A stretch of 64,000 nucleotides of DNA, taken from the IMG/VR virus record IMGVR_UViG_3300015366_000220. One strand, written 5' to 3'. The DNA comes from an uncultured virus (IMG/VR IMGVR_UViG_3300015366_000220). Lineage: Duplodnaviria > Heunggongvirae > Uroviricota > Caudoviricetes. The stretch's first letter is position 1. The number at the start of each line of letters is the position of its first letter. The notes under the pieces are model-generated. The model was not told the DNA's origin. It made no database searches and saw only the letters and a program-made list of their open reading frames with translations. Shown here one piece after another: positions 35,464 to 45,905 of this stretch. Position numbers and translations under genes: made by a program.

Positions 35464-36735
35464 TTATGCTTCCTGTGTCACTGCAATAACATCCCACCTA
35501 GAATTTATCGCATTGTATATACATCCAATATATAGCCATTTACCTGCCACACCACTTAAATTGGCTGTAGTTGTGGGTAATGAAACACCCACTGCATTGA
35601 ATGCTTTGGCTGATCCAAGAACGAATGCTAATGATCTGGCTACACCATTATCTTTTATTCTAAACATCATACGTTGTCCGTCTACTGGAGAACCATTATC
35701 TGCGGCGATGTTTAAATTGTTTGCTAATGCGCTTATGGATTGAACATCATAATTAGTACTATCCCAATTCCATGGACCTACCAATGTAGTAATGCTATTT
35801 ACCCTATTAGTTGATCCATTTGCACCTTGTGTTCCTATAATTCCTTGTGTACCAGTTGCACCTTGAACGGATGAATTTGTTATTGCTAATATAACATTAT
35901 GATTATTTGGAAATCCTGTAGTACCAGTACCAGAACTCGATACTAAGGTTACAGGAAATACCCAATAACTAGTACTGGTATTTGCATTTGTGTTTATTGG
36001 TGATGCGCTTATTTTCCATATTTGATAATTACCACTATTATTGCTATCTTGTATAGTTATATTTTGTCCTATACTCATCACAGATAAAAATATATCAATA
36101 TCTATGTTATCTGCTGTTAGGTGTGGTACATATAAAGCAGTTGCTGATGTTTGTGTCACATTATTATATGTGATATATCCATCTGATGGGTATGCATTGG
36201 CTTGACTTGTTGTTTTTATGTTGTAGTTGAATAATGTGCTGGAATATCCATTTAATCCCGCTGTTCCCTGAGTACCTACGGTGCCTTGTGATCCTGTAGC
36301 ACCCTGTGCGCCATCTACCCCACCACCTCCACTAGATGCAACTAAGGTGAATTTACCACCACTATACTTCATGTATTTGTTGTCACCTAATGATGCAACA
36401 TCAAAATCCGTTGCTTCTGTTATAGTGACATGACCAATCCCACCGCCACCACCAGAACTATATTTTATAGATTGTATTCTTTTGTTTAGATCTGATATTG
36501 CTTTGTGGACATCAAGATCCGTGGCTGGTAATTCAGCTGGTGTTTTTTGTGCAGTGCTCAAATACTCCGATGATAATTTCACCAGATCTCGTACATGTTC
36601 TTTTGGTGTTACAAGTGGTGTCTTTTTAGCTTCTGATAATTGTGGTATCAAAACATTATTTTCTGGTTTTGATGTGGGTTTAATAAAAGCCGACATCATC
36701 TCCAGTAATGCTTTTTCCTCATCAGTTGGTGTCAT
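35464..36735 (-). CDS. fibre-like structural protein with short collagen tracts
   Basis: GxQG repeats; C-terminal domain shared with 37856-40855. Confidence 0.7.
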   Translation of the reverse strand: MTPTDEEKALLEMMSAFIKPTSKPENNVLIPQLSEAKKTPLVTPKEHVRDLVKLSSEYLSTAQKTPAELPATDLDVHKAISDLNKRIQSIKYSSGGGGGIGHVTITEATDFDVASLGDNKYMKYSGGKFTLVASSGGGGVDGAQGATGSQGTVGTQGTAGLNGYSSTLFNYNIKTTSQANAYPSDGYITYNNVTQTSATALYVPHLTADNIDIDIFLSVMSIGQNITIQDSNNSGNYQIWKISASPINTNANTSTSYWVFPVTLVSSSGTGTTGFPNNHNVILAITNSSVQGATGTQGIIGTQGANGSTNRVNSITTLVGPWNWDSTNYDVQSISALANNLNIAADNGSPVDGQRMMFRIKDNGVARSLAFVLGSAKAFNAVGVSLPTTTANLSGVAGKWLYIGCIYNAINSRWDVIAVTQEA

Positions 36736-37433
36736 CTGAGCAGTCCGAAAAATGCGGATTCCCTAGATACTTCTTTTGGGGATAGACTCCACATCGCAGT
36801 ATCGACATACAATCCGCTTACTGTATACACAGGAAGCCATTGCAACATCAGAGATGTATTTGCATGATATCCAAGTGATCCGGAAAACATATATGATGTC
36901 AATTCTGTGTAATATGTAGTGGATGCTAATGCGGATAGACTGGCATTATGTATTGTCCCATTAAGAATTCTATCAAATTCACCATAACCATATCCTTCAT
37001 TGGCAAGTGACATACAGATAGTATAATTATTTGCCCTAGATGCAACATTTGATGTAAATGTACCAGATGGAGCAGATATATGACCGGATGCAAAATTATA
37101 ATCATATATGTATGACGTATTTTCTCCTTTAACGGAAACAATATTCCATGCAAACTCTGCTCCATCACTAACATAATTAGATAATGCAATACTTAAATTA
37201 TTTACTCCAGTTGGAGGATTTGTAATGTGTCCCGTGTACACACTATTACTGTTATTTGTATCTATAACAAATGGAATTCCACCGTATGTTAATGATGATA
37301 TTGGTATGCTTCCTTCAACATATACCATGACGAACATTGATGTCCCGTCAGTATTGGTAAATGATTGCAATACACCATTTATAGGATTACAATTATTTTG
37401 ATCACCAAAAGAATTAACTACTGTTATACTCAT
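36732..37433 (-). CDS. beta-rich putative fibre-tip/adhesin protein
   Basis: Ser/Thr/Asn-rich; lies between the two fibre genes. Confidence 0.5.
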   Translation of the reverse strand: MSITVVNSFGDQNNCNPINGVLQSFTNTDGTSMFVMVYVEGSIPISSLTYGGIPFVIDTNNSNSVYTGHITNPPTGVNNLSIALSNYVSDGAEFAWNIVSVKGENTSYIYDYNFASGHISAPSGTFTSNVASRANNYTICMSLANEGYGYGEFDRILNGTIHNASLSALASTTYYTELTSYMFSGSLGYHANTSLMLQWLPVYTVSGLYVDTAMWSLSPKEVSRESAFFGLLR

Positions 37434-37855
37434 GATACAACCAACTCCCCATTAGTCACGGATACTATTTTTGGTGCGGAATTTAATAAATTTTTCATGA
37501 TTTTAGGAATGCGTTTATTTGGTATATTATCTATTGTTGCTTGATCTATTGTTATATTAGGTAATTCCCCAGAATACTCATCATGTGAGAATCTAACATA
37601 AGCATCACTTGCTAAGTATATAACTACACCATTGGTTGTATTTACTACATCACCAAGCGAATATGTTATATTCCTCATGGTATAACAGCATGCTTTACCA
37701 CTGATCCAATCAGCACCAGCAATAGACATTGCTGTCTCTGCGCTATCAACCTCAACTTTATTCACAGTATTTCCCGTATCATCTTTTATGATTAACATCA
37801 TAACTGTAGGTAAACTTTCAATATCTACTAAATTCAACTGCATAATAAACTCCAA
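37430..37855 (-). CDS. hypothetical protein
   Basis: ORF track. Confidence 0.55.
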   Translation of the reverse strand: MEFIMQLNLVDIESLPTVMMLIIKDDTGNTVNKVEVDSAETAMSIAGADWISGKACCYTMRNITYSLGDVVNTTNGVVIYLASDAYVRFSHDEYSGELPNITIDQATIDNIPNKRIPKIMKNLLNSAPKIVSVTNGELVVS

Positions 37856-40855
37856 TTATTGTTCTTGTGATACCGCAACAACATCCCATCTATCATCTGT
37901 GATATTGTACATCATACCGACATATAACACTTTACCTGCTGCACCACTCAAATTGGCAGATGTTGTTGGTAATGAAACACCAACTGCTCTATATCCTTTT
38001 GATACGCCAGTAGTCCATGCAAGAGTACGTGCAGTTCCACCATCTCTAATTTCAAATACCATACGGGTGCCATTTTGCAGATTTGTTCCTGCTGAATTGG
38101 AATCCGCTGCAAACGTTATAGTTCCCGATCCGGATAGAGTAAACTTTCTAGTATCTTTATGTAGTAAACTATTAAATGATGCTGTTGATGTTGGTGTGCT
38201 TGAAGTCGATCCAATTGATAATATATTGGTTGTATTAGCGGTAAAGGATACATTCATTAATCCAACTGTTGGTGTTGGATATACACCGACATTTATACTT
38301 GGTGTATTAGCCATGTTCAAATAGACATTGGTAAAGAACACCCCATTATTACCAATTGTTATTGTGTTTGCATTTGCAGCTGTTGACAACAAAGTATTCA
38401 CTATATCTATACCAGTATTAGTTAGATATGTATTTGCGTTTGCTGTTCCGTATATGGTGAGTGATGATGCAGATGAAGTGGTTCCTATTTTAACCGGACC
38501 TGCTATGTTGGCACTTCCTGATGTGTCCAATGTACCATATAAATTAAGTGATGATGTGGATGTGCTAGTTCCTATTTGTATAGGACCTGCTAATTTGGAG
38601 CTTCCTTCTGTATTTAATTGATACCCATCAATATATTGCATATATGATGTGCCACCATTCACCATACCGGAGTCAGGATCTCCAATAAATGTCGTTGATA
38701 GGTGAGCATATGTTAGAGTAATATACGCGTAAATATATAAATCCGTGTAGGACAGAGTTCCTTCGAAATATGCATCTGGATAACTTGGATCCGATTCGTA
38801 TGGAATTCTGACAGTTTTACCGACAATATGTGATAAATCCCCATATGCCGCATTATAATCAAATTCTATCACAATATCACCACTATGAGCGCCAGGCGTG
38901 ACATTTCCATATATATAAGCATATCCTGGTACACTATAACCACCAATGGTCACTCCTCCAGCACTATTACGAGTTAATCTCCCAGTATTAGTTGATAATT
39001 GATTGACTGACATATCACCGGAACCATGAACAAATGCTGATGATATTTTCATGAATTGATAAGGACCGGAAAAACTAGGTGCATAAACTGCTGGTATTAT
39101 TTGGTATATCATTTGGGGTATACTAGTAAATGGGGCAACAGAGCCAGCAGCACCACCCGCACCAGATAACCCCTGAATTCCACGTATACCCTGTGCACCA
39201 GTAGCACCTTGAGAACCAAAGCCATCCATACCCTGAGTACCATTCGCACCCTGTGCACCAGCACCAGTAGCACCTTGAGCACCAACAGTTCCCTGTGTTC
39301 CAGTTGCACCTTGTGATGATCCTGCCATACCTTGTGAACCAGTAATACCCTGTACACTTTGTCCAATTGTACCTTGAGCACCTATGATCGATGGTGTGGC
39401 ATCAACCCATTGACCACTATCACCATCATTATAAAAAATCTTTAGTGTGCCTTGAGTCGCATCCCACCACAAATCTTGATTTGCTCTTGGTGATGATGGT
39501 GCGGTTGATGATATGGTTACATTTGCATTTCCTGATCCGCCACCACCGGATCCCGCAATACCTTGAGTACCTAGTGCACCTTGAGTGCCTAATGTACCTT
39601 GTGTTCCTAATGTACCCTGAGTACCAACAGTTCCTTGTGTACCAAGTGTACCTTGTCTTCCTAGTGTACCTTGAGTGCCTAATGAACCTTGAGTTCCGGC
39701 TGGACCTTGCGGACCTACAATCTGTCCAGTATCAACCCATCCACTGGTTCCCCAGACATAAAGATGTCCATCAGCAGATACAATATAGGAATCACCAATA
39801 GATGCACTACCTGGTAGATTTCCTACTGTAGCAACTGTTCCTTTTGGTGTAATACCACTTCCGATTGGTCCTTGCGCACCCACACCTACTGCACCCTGAG
39901 TACCAATTCTTCCTTGTATACCTTGTGCACCATCAATACCTTGTAAACCAATATCACCAGTTCTGCCCTGTGTACCAAATGTTCCCTGTGATCCGGTTCT
40001 ACCTTGAGCACCAGTGAGACCATCCATACCCTGAGTTCCTAATGCACCTTGAGTACCATTTGCACCCTGTGCACCAGCACCAGTAGCACCTTGTCTACCA
40101 ATAGCACCTTGTGGTCCGGCAACGTTTCCGGCATCAACCCATTCAGTGCTACTCCATGTCCACAAATGTCCGGTATCAGCTGCAATCCAACCATCCCCAA
40201 CCGAATTTCCGCTTACAGGAAGTCCGCTTGAATTTGGCACAGTACCTTTTAATTGCAATCCACTACCAATTGCACCCTGAACGCCTAGTGACCCCTGTAC
40301 ACCCTGTCTACCCAAGACACCTTGTGTACCTATCTGACCCTGTACGCCCTGTAATCCTTGTGTACCATCAGCACCCTGTGTTCCGGTATATCCCTGAGTA
40401 CCATCAAAGCCTTGAGTACCTACACGACCCTGTGTGCCAGTTCTACCCTGTACACCCTGTATACCCATCAAACCATCTAATCCCTGAATACCATCTACAC
40501 CTTGTGATCCATTATAGCCTTGTGTACCCTGTCTACCTTGAACACCCTGTCTGCCCTGCACACCTTGCATTCCCTGAATGCCCTGTGCACCATCGAATCC
40601 TTGAACACCATCAAAACCTTGGGTTCCTTGTACTCCTTGGTTTCCTTGTGTACCTTGAATACCATAATGCCCCTGAATACTTAACCCCTGTGTACCTTGT
40701 CTACCTTGTACACCTTGTGTACCTTGAGTACCAGTTGATCCTTGAGGTCCGAAAGCTGGACCTTGCGATCCAACAGTACCCTGCAAACCTTGTGGTCCGC
40801 GAATTACTGAGTCTTTTACGACTACTATGCTGCCCGATGTTATTGTTGTTGTCAT
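37856..40855 (-). CDS. collagen-like fibre protein
   Basis: Long (G-X-Q)n tracts interrupted by two KGTV..LP..GD..GHL.W.W.D.G...GP modules and an LWWD..G.LKIFY.DGDS.QWVD module. Confidence 0.85.
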   Translation of the reverse strand: MTTTITSGSIVVVKDSVIRGPQGLQGTVGSQGPAFGPQGSTGTQGTQGVQGRQGTQGLSIQGHYGIQGTQGNQGVQGTQGFDGVQGFDGAQGIQGMQGVQGRQGVQGRQGTQGYNGSQGVDGIQGLDGLMGIQGVQGRTGTQGRVGTQGFDGTQGYTGTQGADGTQGLQGVQGQIGTQGVLGRQGVQGSLGVQGAIGSGLQLKGTVPNSSGLPVSGNSVGDGWIAADTGHLWTWSSTEWVDAGNVAGPQGAIGRQGATGAGAQGANGTQGALGTQGMDGLTGAQGRTGSQGTFGTQGRTGDIGLQGIDGAQGIQGRIGTQGAVGVGAQGPIGSGITPKGTVATVGNLPGSASIGDSYIVSADGHLYVWGTSGWVDTGQIVGPQGPAGTQGSLGTQGTLGRQGTLGTQGTVGTQGTLGTQGTLGTQGALGTQGIAGSGGGGSGNANVTISSTAPSSPRANQDLWWDATQGTLKIFYNDGDSGQWVDATPSIIGAQGTIGQSVQGITGSQGMAGSSQGATGTQGTVGAQGATGAGAQGANGTQGMDGFGSQGATGAQGIRGIQGLSGAGGAAGSVAPFTSIPQMIYQIIPAVYAPSFSGPYQFMKISSAFVHGSGDMSVNQLSTNTGRLTRNSAGGVTIGGYSVPGYAYIYGNVTPGAHSGDIVIEFDYNAAYGDLSHIVGKTVRIPYESDPSYPDAYFEGTLSYTDLYIYAYITLTYAHLSTTFIGDPDSGMVNGGTSYMQYIDGYQLNTEGSSKLAGPIQIGTSTSTSSLNLYGTLDTSGSANIAGPVKIGTTSSASSLTIYGTANANTYLTNTGIDIVNTLLSTAANANTITIGNNGVFFTNVYLNMANTPSINVGVYPTPTVGLMNVSFTANTTNILSIGSTSSTPTSTASFNSLLHKDTRKFTLSGSGTITFAADSNSAGTNLQNGTRMVFEIRDGGTARTLAWTTGVSKGYRAVGVSLPTTSANLSGAAGKVLYVGMMYNITDDRWDVVAVSQEQ

Positions 40856-41238
40856 CTAGTTACTTCCCCATAAACTGCTACGTCGCCATAAAGGAGTTTT
40901 GATACTTTGTTATCACTGTCAATCAACTCCAGATCGTACACATATAATGATTTTGGTGGTTTTCCATTGGTTAAATCCACTGGAATATTTGCTGTTCTGT
41001 CCGCACTCAATTCGATTTGTAATCCGCCCGTGCTACCAGTAAATGTTATCTCGCCATTTGCGGTTGATAGTGATTCGATGATAACATCTGATCTATAATT
41101 TGATCGAAGCTGCATTCTTGCCTGAAATCCATCAATTGGCTGTGGTGTATTATTAGCATATCTAACTTCCACACCTATACCAAATGTGCTACCCTGCCAT
41201 ATATTAAGGTTATATTTGTTAGTTACAATTGCTGACAT
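40852..41238 (-). CDS. fibre-associated Ig-like small protein
   Basis: I.QGSTF, ARMQLR and YVYDLEL motifs; precedes the fibre gene. Confidence 0.65.
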   Translation of the reverse strand: MSAIVTNKYNLNIWQGSTFGIGVEVRYANNTPQPIDGFQARMQLRSNYRSDVIIESLSTANGEITFTGSTGGLQIELSADRTANIPVDLTNGKPPKSLYVYDLELIDSDNKVSKLLYGDVAVYGEVTR

Positions 41239-41573
41239 TATTGCTTACCTGTTTTTAAATACACCATGGCACCACTACTATTTCTGATTACAATTTTTCT
41301 ATTTGGATTCTTTTTAGCATAATCACTGATATCATCATATTTATATCTATTGTACTTGGATCTTCCGTTAATATTGTTTAGATAGTAGTCATCATCAACA
41401 TCAAATACCTTATTTCCGGCAAAATCACCATCTAATGGGTTCTTTCGGCGCAACATTTTTCCGGACGTAGTAATTCCTTTGCCAACTGGTGGCTGATTGT
41501 CACTGACTCCGGCGTATCCACCAGCACCAATGCTATTTGCAACTTCTTCTCTTATTAATCTGAATGATTTCAT
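41238..41573 (-). CDS. conserved T4-like (head-associated) hypothetical protein
   Basis: MKSFRLIREEVANSIG and FAG..VFDV motifs. Confidence 0.65.
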   Translation of the reverse strand: MKSFRLIREEVANSIGAGGYAGVSDNQPPVGKGITTSGKMLRRKNPLDGDFAGNKVFDVDDDYYLNNINGRSKYNRYKYDDISDYAKKNPNRKIVIRNSSGAMVYLKTGKQ

Positions 41574-41960
41574 TTATATCTTTCTCAGAATCTCCACTAA
41601 CTTAAAATCTACTGGTATATCACTAGATAATATATTCGCGCCTTTTATGCCTTTCACTACATCTGGCATGGCATTTGTAAATAATAAAAAGGTTTTCAAA
41701 GCACTATAATCCTTCTTGTTTATTTTCAGGAATAGTATTCTTGTACTGCCTTCTATACCAAATACGTTCTGGGATATGATTAAATGATTCAATAGAAGCC
41801 TTTCTTTTATTGAACCAGTTAATCTATATCTTTGTAATAGTCTCTTGATATATCGTATTCTTTTATAATCTTCATTAAATTCACTCTGTATACAATTTGG
41901 GGTTTCGTAACATTTTATTGCATATAGATTGATATTATAGTCATTCAAATCATTAAACAT
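41574..41960 (-). CDS. conserved T4-like hypothetical protein
   Basis: EF.ED..RI.YIKRL, ERL.LNH.I...NVFG motifs. Confidence 0.75.
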   Translation of the reverse strand: MFNDLNDYNINLYAIKCYETPNCIQSEFNEDYKRIRYIKRLLQRYRLTGSIKERLLLNHLIISQNVFGIEGSTRILFLKINKKDYSALKTFLLFTNAMPDVVKGIKGANILSSDIPVDFKLVEILRKI

Positions 41961-41963
41961 ATA

Positions 41964-42422
41964 TTAGTATTCGCTTGTGTCGCCACCATCATCTTCTCTA
42001 CGGGCATACCACGTAGATGGTCTTGTTGTTATTGGTTCTCTTTCATCAAAGTGCTCTCTTTTATCCATATCCATCAAAGCACCAAGTTCATCACTATTTA
42101 CAATCTGTGCATATCCATCAACATATCCATCTTCATTTGTATCGTATACAATGTATAGATGGTCATCTGATTCACCCACAACATAAACCATTTCAGAGCT
42201 TAATTGCAGGAAATTGTCAGTTGCCTTTGCGGGTAACTGGATACCATAACGCTCTAACACACCACGCATCTGAGCCAGAAATATAGGTGCATTTTGATAT
42301 GGCTTTTCTGTTAACTTATCCAATTCATCATTCAGCTTGTCCCTATTCTGGGATAGATTTCGAGCATCAATTTCAATCATTTCATCGAAATCTTCCGTGA
42401 TATAATCTTTAAATTTTAGCAT
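41964..42422 (-). CDS. putative head-associated protein
   Basis: MLKFKDYITE N-terminus. Confidence 0.6.
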   Translation of the reverse strand: MLKFKDYITEDFDEMIEIDARNLSQNRDKLNDELDKLTEKPYQNAPIFLAQMRGVLERYGIQLPAKATDNFLQLSSEMVYVVGESDDHLYIVYDTNEDGYVDGYAQIVNSDELGALMDMDKREHFDEREPITTRPSTWYARREDDGGDTSEY

Positions 42423-44493
42423 TCTGCTCACCCCCACTCACCCCAATATTAAGAGTATGATCTAATGTTGGTTCTGTATTTATTTCATTAACATTGCTCT
42501 TCTGATCTTTCTTTCCCTTACCCTTGCGCACTATAGACAAAACCTTTTCAGCTTTGCTTTTTGCATCTTCGTAGATAGAATCTTCATTGATACCACAATA
42601 ATGTTTTGCTGTATTATGAGCATCTTCTTTATCTTCATAGTGGTGACTATCTGCATGTGGATTACGTACACCATCCTTATCAAAATATTTCACAATATGA
42701 TCATTCCATTCAGTATCTTTATATACAACAGCCTTTCTTCCATCTGCTCCAGTATATCCTTGAAGCTTTTTCATTGCTTCAGTTATAGGTGGTGTATTTC
42801 CATGTGTTCTTTTTGCTGCTTCATCTGCAACATCACTATCAGAATCATTTGATAATTTAGCTAAAACATCTGGTGGTGTGTTTGGATGTTGCGCAGTAAG
42901 ATATCTGATATACCAATCAGAATCATCACCTAATGTACGTAGATGATCTTCATTGGCATCTGGATGTGCAGCTGCTTTAGCCCTAACATTCCATGATTTA
43001 TCATTAACATCCATATCCAAATCTTTATTTGCAACAACTGGAACATCTGTTGTAGGAACATTACCAACAACTCTATCGTGTGCTCTTCCAAGATCAGTTA
43101 CATTTTTGTTGAATTGATCTGGTGTCACTGGTTCATCATTGTGAGCAATTTGACCCACTTTTGCTTGTGTGTATCTACGTGCCAAATCTTGACTGATTTC
43201 TTGTAGAGTTTTTGCCTGTTCTTTTATGTGTTTGATTGGTAGCTTACCATGACCCACTGTTTCTAGGTCATCACGAGTTACTCTACCACCACTTACTTTC
43301 TTTAATTGTTGAATGGCAGCAGTATCAACTTCACCTAGATGAGTTTTCATTGCATTCATTACATCAGAGATCGTGAATTCAACAAGATTCTCTGATGATT
43401 CTTGCATGCTTGGTCTCTTATTGTAATATCTGTTTGTATACCAATCAGGAAGATGGTACTTACCCAAAGTCCTTGTCAACATTCTATTGCGGAAGCCTAA
43501 TACGGTCTGTGCATCATTTACTTGATCTAGATACTTTGATTCTGCTGATTCATTTCCAGCATCTTTCATTGCTCTAGCTGCTTCTGCTGCATCTTTACTG
43601 ATATATCGCAATTCTTCATTGGATTTATTGTGATATGGATGTCCTTCTAATGGATGGCGTGTTGTGTCGTCAGCACTTTCTCCAAGTTTATAGAATGGAT
43701 AATCACCAACTTTTGTTAGGTGCTTATCTAATTGATGCCAGCCCGGTTGCTTTGCTCCATTCATATCCCTTAGTGTGGCAATTAATTTATCACCAAATTT
43801 AGATGACATGATATGATCTACCATGTATGGAGTAGTGTTGTCGTAACCCGCAAGGGAGCTAGTAACAGCATCACCGTGTTTGATTGTTTTTAATTCAGGA
43901 TCACCATCACCCCATGTACGTCTAGCAAGATCCAATTCCTGCTCTGGCGTTAACATATTATTACCAATTTGATCTGGTTGAATTCTGTTTTTTACTGGTG
44001 GATTAACTTTACCATCAGCAACATCACCAAATGTAGGTTCGTATGGCTGGTTATACCAAAATCCTTCTTTATTAAGTCTCTGTGCTGCTAATGTTCCTGC
44101 TTGTGGACTTGGTTTGTTATCTTTAGAAAATTTATCAATTTCTTTTCTGGCTTTTGCTCTGGCAATTATACCTCTAATATCAGCTGGTAACTTTTTAGCA
44201 CCACCATCCGTTTTATCTGCGCATGTATCCATGGAATCACCAGCTTCTTCTGTTACTGGTGTGTCATTTTGAACAGAAATTGTTTCACTTGGTGCTTCTA
44301 TAGAAGCATCTTCTTGCATGATTGTTGCAGATTGCACATTATAGCCAAGATTTTTGAATTGCTTTGATGCACGATTTATTGCTTCTTCGGCACTAGAAGC
44401 CTCAACGATGTGACTTTTTACATGTACACGATTACGCAATGATACGTGTTCGTGGCTTGGAATGGTTACATTTAATTGTACTACGTGTTTCAT
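42409..44493 (-). CDS. large modular putative internal head protein with LRV/HEAT-like repeats
   Basis: VR..AA.HP......L..L..D repeats; many (L/I/M/V)xE sites between modules. Confidence 0.65.
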   Translation of the reverse strand: MKHVVQLNVTIPSHEHVSLRNRVHVKSHIVEASSAEEAINRASKQFKNLGYNVQSATIMQEDASIEAPSETISVQNDTPVTEEAGDSMDTCADKTDGGAKKLPADIRGIIARAKARKEIDKFSKDNKPSPQAGTLAAQRLNKEGFWYNQPYEPTFGDVADGKVNPPVKNRIQPDQIGNNMLTPEQELDLARRTWGDGDPELKTIKHGDAVTSSLAGYDNTTPYMVDHIMSSKFGDKLIATLRDMNGAKQPGWHQLDKHLTKVGDYPFYKLGESADDTTRHPLEGHPYHNKSNEELRYISKDAAEAARAMKDAGNESAESKYLDQVNDAQTVLGFRNRMLTRTLGKYHLPDWYTNRYYNKRPSMQESSENLVEFTISDVMNAMKTHLGEVDTAAIQQLKKVSGGRVTRDDLETVGHGKLPIKHIKEQAKTLQEISQDLARRYTQAKVGQIAHNDEPVTPDQFNKNVTDLGRAHDRVVGNVPTTDVPVVANKDLDMDVNDKSWNVRAKAAAHPDANEDHLRTLGDDSDWYIRYLTAQHPNTPPDVLAKLSNDSDSDVADEAAKRTHGNTPPITEAMKKLQGYTGADGRKAVVYKDTEWNDHIVKYFDKDGVRNPHADSHHYEDKEDAHNTAKHYCGINEDSIYEDAKSKAEKVLSIVRKGKGKKDQKSNVNEINTEPTLDHTLNIGVSGGEQNAKI

Positions 44494-45366
44494 TTAATTA
44501 CCTGCTTTCATTTTTGCGGCTATTGCCATTTTTATACGATCTTCTTTGCCCTTTCCTTTGAATTGGGGAGCATCCGAATGTTCAAAATCATTTATAACCT
44601 GCTTCATGGTAGATTTGGTTATATTCATTTTCTCATTGATCTTATCTCTCATCTTTGATTTGGCTAATTTATCCATTGCCAAATCAAGATTTTTTTCTCT
44701 TTTATTTGTTCTACTGTTTGATTCGGCTTTGTTGTAGATGTCTCCCTTCTTGCCGGAATTAAAGCTCTGTGAGCTAAAATTCTGCACTTGATCTTCTACA
44801 TTAGCCTTTATATAGCTCTTTAAAGTTTGATCACTAACTTCATCCAATTGATGCTCTTCATGCGCAGTCACACTCATGAGCTTTTTGTTTGCTTCCTTTC
44901 TTACTATCCTATCCGGATCATTTGCTAACTTAACCAATGTATCCATTGATGTGTTTGGGTGCCTAACCACATTAAAGCGTATGCCAGCATGACTATCATT
45001 GGATAGTTGCTCCAATTGTTCGTGAGATGCACTTGGATGTGTTGCTACCATTTCACGATCAAAGTATTTTGGGGAATTTATTGCAGTATTCAATACTGCA
45101 CTACCATAAGAAGATTCTTGTACAGGTTCATCTTTTTTTGCTTTTGTGGTGACTGTTCCCCAATTGGGGTATTTGTCCTGTAATTTCTTAGCAATTCTAT
45201 CATGAGCAGCTATTGCACCTTTATTAGTGCTTGCTTTATGTTTATCTGTCCCAGTATGAAGAACATTCCCTTCTCTATCTAAAACTTCGACATCGACCAA
45301 TGGTGCTTCTTGCACTAATGAAGATTTGTTTTTTGCTGCTGATATTATTGTTTTGATTATAGACAT
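44494..45366 (-). CDS. putative internal head protein with LRV/HEAT-like repeats
   Basis: HP......L..L.ND repeats; LDEVS..TL.SY; DF..SDAPQFKGK.K..R..MAIAA. Confidence 0.65.
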   Translation of the reverse strand: MSIIKTIISAAKNKSSLVQEAPLVDVEVLDREGNVLHTGTDKHKASTNKGAIAAHDRIAKKLQDKYPNWGTVTTKAKKDEPVQESSYGSAVLNTAINSPKYFDREMVATHPSASHEQLEQLSNDSHAGIRFNVVRHPNTSMDTLVKLANDPDRIVRKEANKKLMSVTAHEEHQLDEVSDQTLKSYIKANVEDQVQNFSSQSFNSGKKGDIYNKAESNSRTNKREKNLDLAMDKLAKSKMRDKINEKMNITKSTMKQVINDFEHSDAPQFKGKGKEDRIKMAIAAKMKAGN

Positions 45367-45372
45367 TCTAGC

Positions 45373-45867
45373 TTATCCTAAAGATGATGTTAATTGCCAA
45401 GCGAGTTTCTTATGATAATTAAATTGATCTTGCAGATAATTAGCCAGACCAACTTGATTTGCTGCTTCTGCCATTTTCTGTGCGGCAAGCAAACCACCTA
45501 AGATCTTTTGGTTGTCTGATGATAGTGCCATAAGCATTTCTTCTATGGACAAATCCTTATCATTTTCCATTAATGTTGTATTGTGTATCATATCTGTTAT
45601 GGAGCGTGGTGCTGGTGATCCAAGCATACGTATGTGTTCAGCTAATGTGTCTACACTATCAAATACGGTTTCATATATATCCCCAAAAAATGCATGGTAT
45701 TGGGAAAAGCCCAATCCACGAACATTCCAGTGAAATGCATGGGATTTAAAATAAAAGACAAAAGTATCAGCTAAAACTTGCTCCATTGTGTGCACAAGAT
45801 CCATTGCTGTCTCTGCATCAACAATACTTTCAGCTTCTTTGATGAACTTTTTGATATTATCTTTCAT
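45373..45867 (-). CDS. dps: Dps/ferritin-like DNA protection protein
   Basis: K.H.FHWNV.G..F..YH.FF..IY, D.LAEHIR.LG and H.K..W.L motifs; late promoter supports the start at 45867. Confidence 0.9.
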   Translation of the reverse strand: MKDNIKKFIKEAESIVDAETAMDLVHTMEQVLADTFVFYFKSHAFHWNVRGLGFSQYHAFFGDIYETVFDSVDTLAEHIRMLGSPAPRSITDMIHNTTLMENDKDLSIEEMLMALSSDNQKILGGLLAAQKMAEAANQVGLANYLQDQFNYHKKLAWQLTSSLG

Positions 45868-45890
45868 TTTATGACTCCGTGACACCAGAT

Positions 45891-45898
45891 TATTTATA
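45891..45898 (-). promoter_or_regulatory. T4-type late promoter
   Basis: TATAAATA about 24 nt before the Dps start. Confidence 0.6.
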
Positions 45899-45905
45899 TT
45901 TTTCA

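Noticed and set aside
39109..40902. Alternate-frame ORFs of 90-263 aa over the collagen gene
   Set aside because: They are shadows of the 9-bp periodic collagen repeat (VYLEY/HPVYP patterns).
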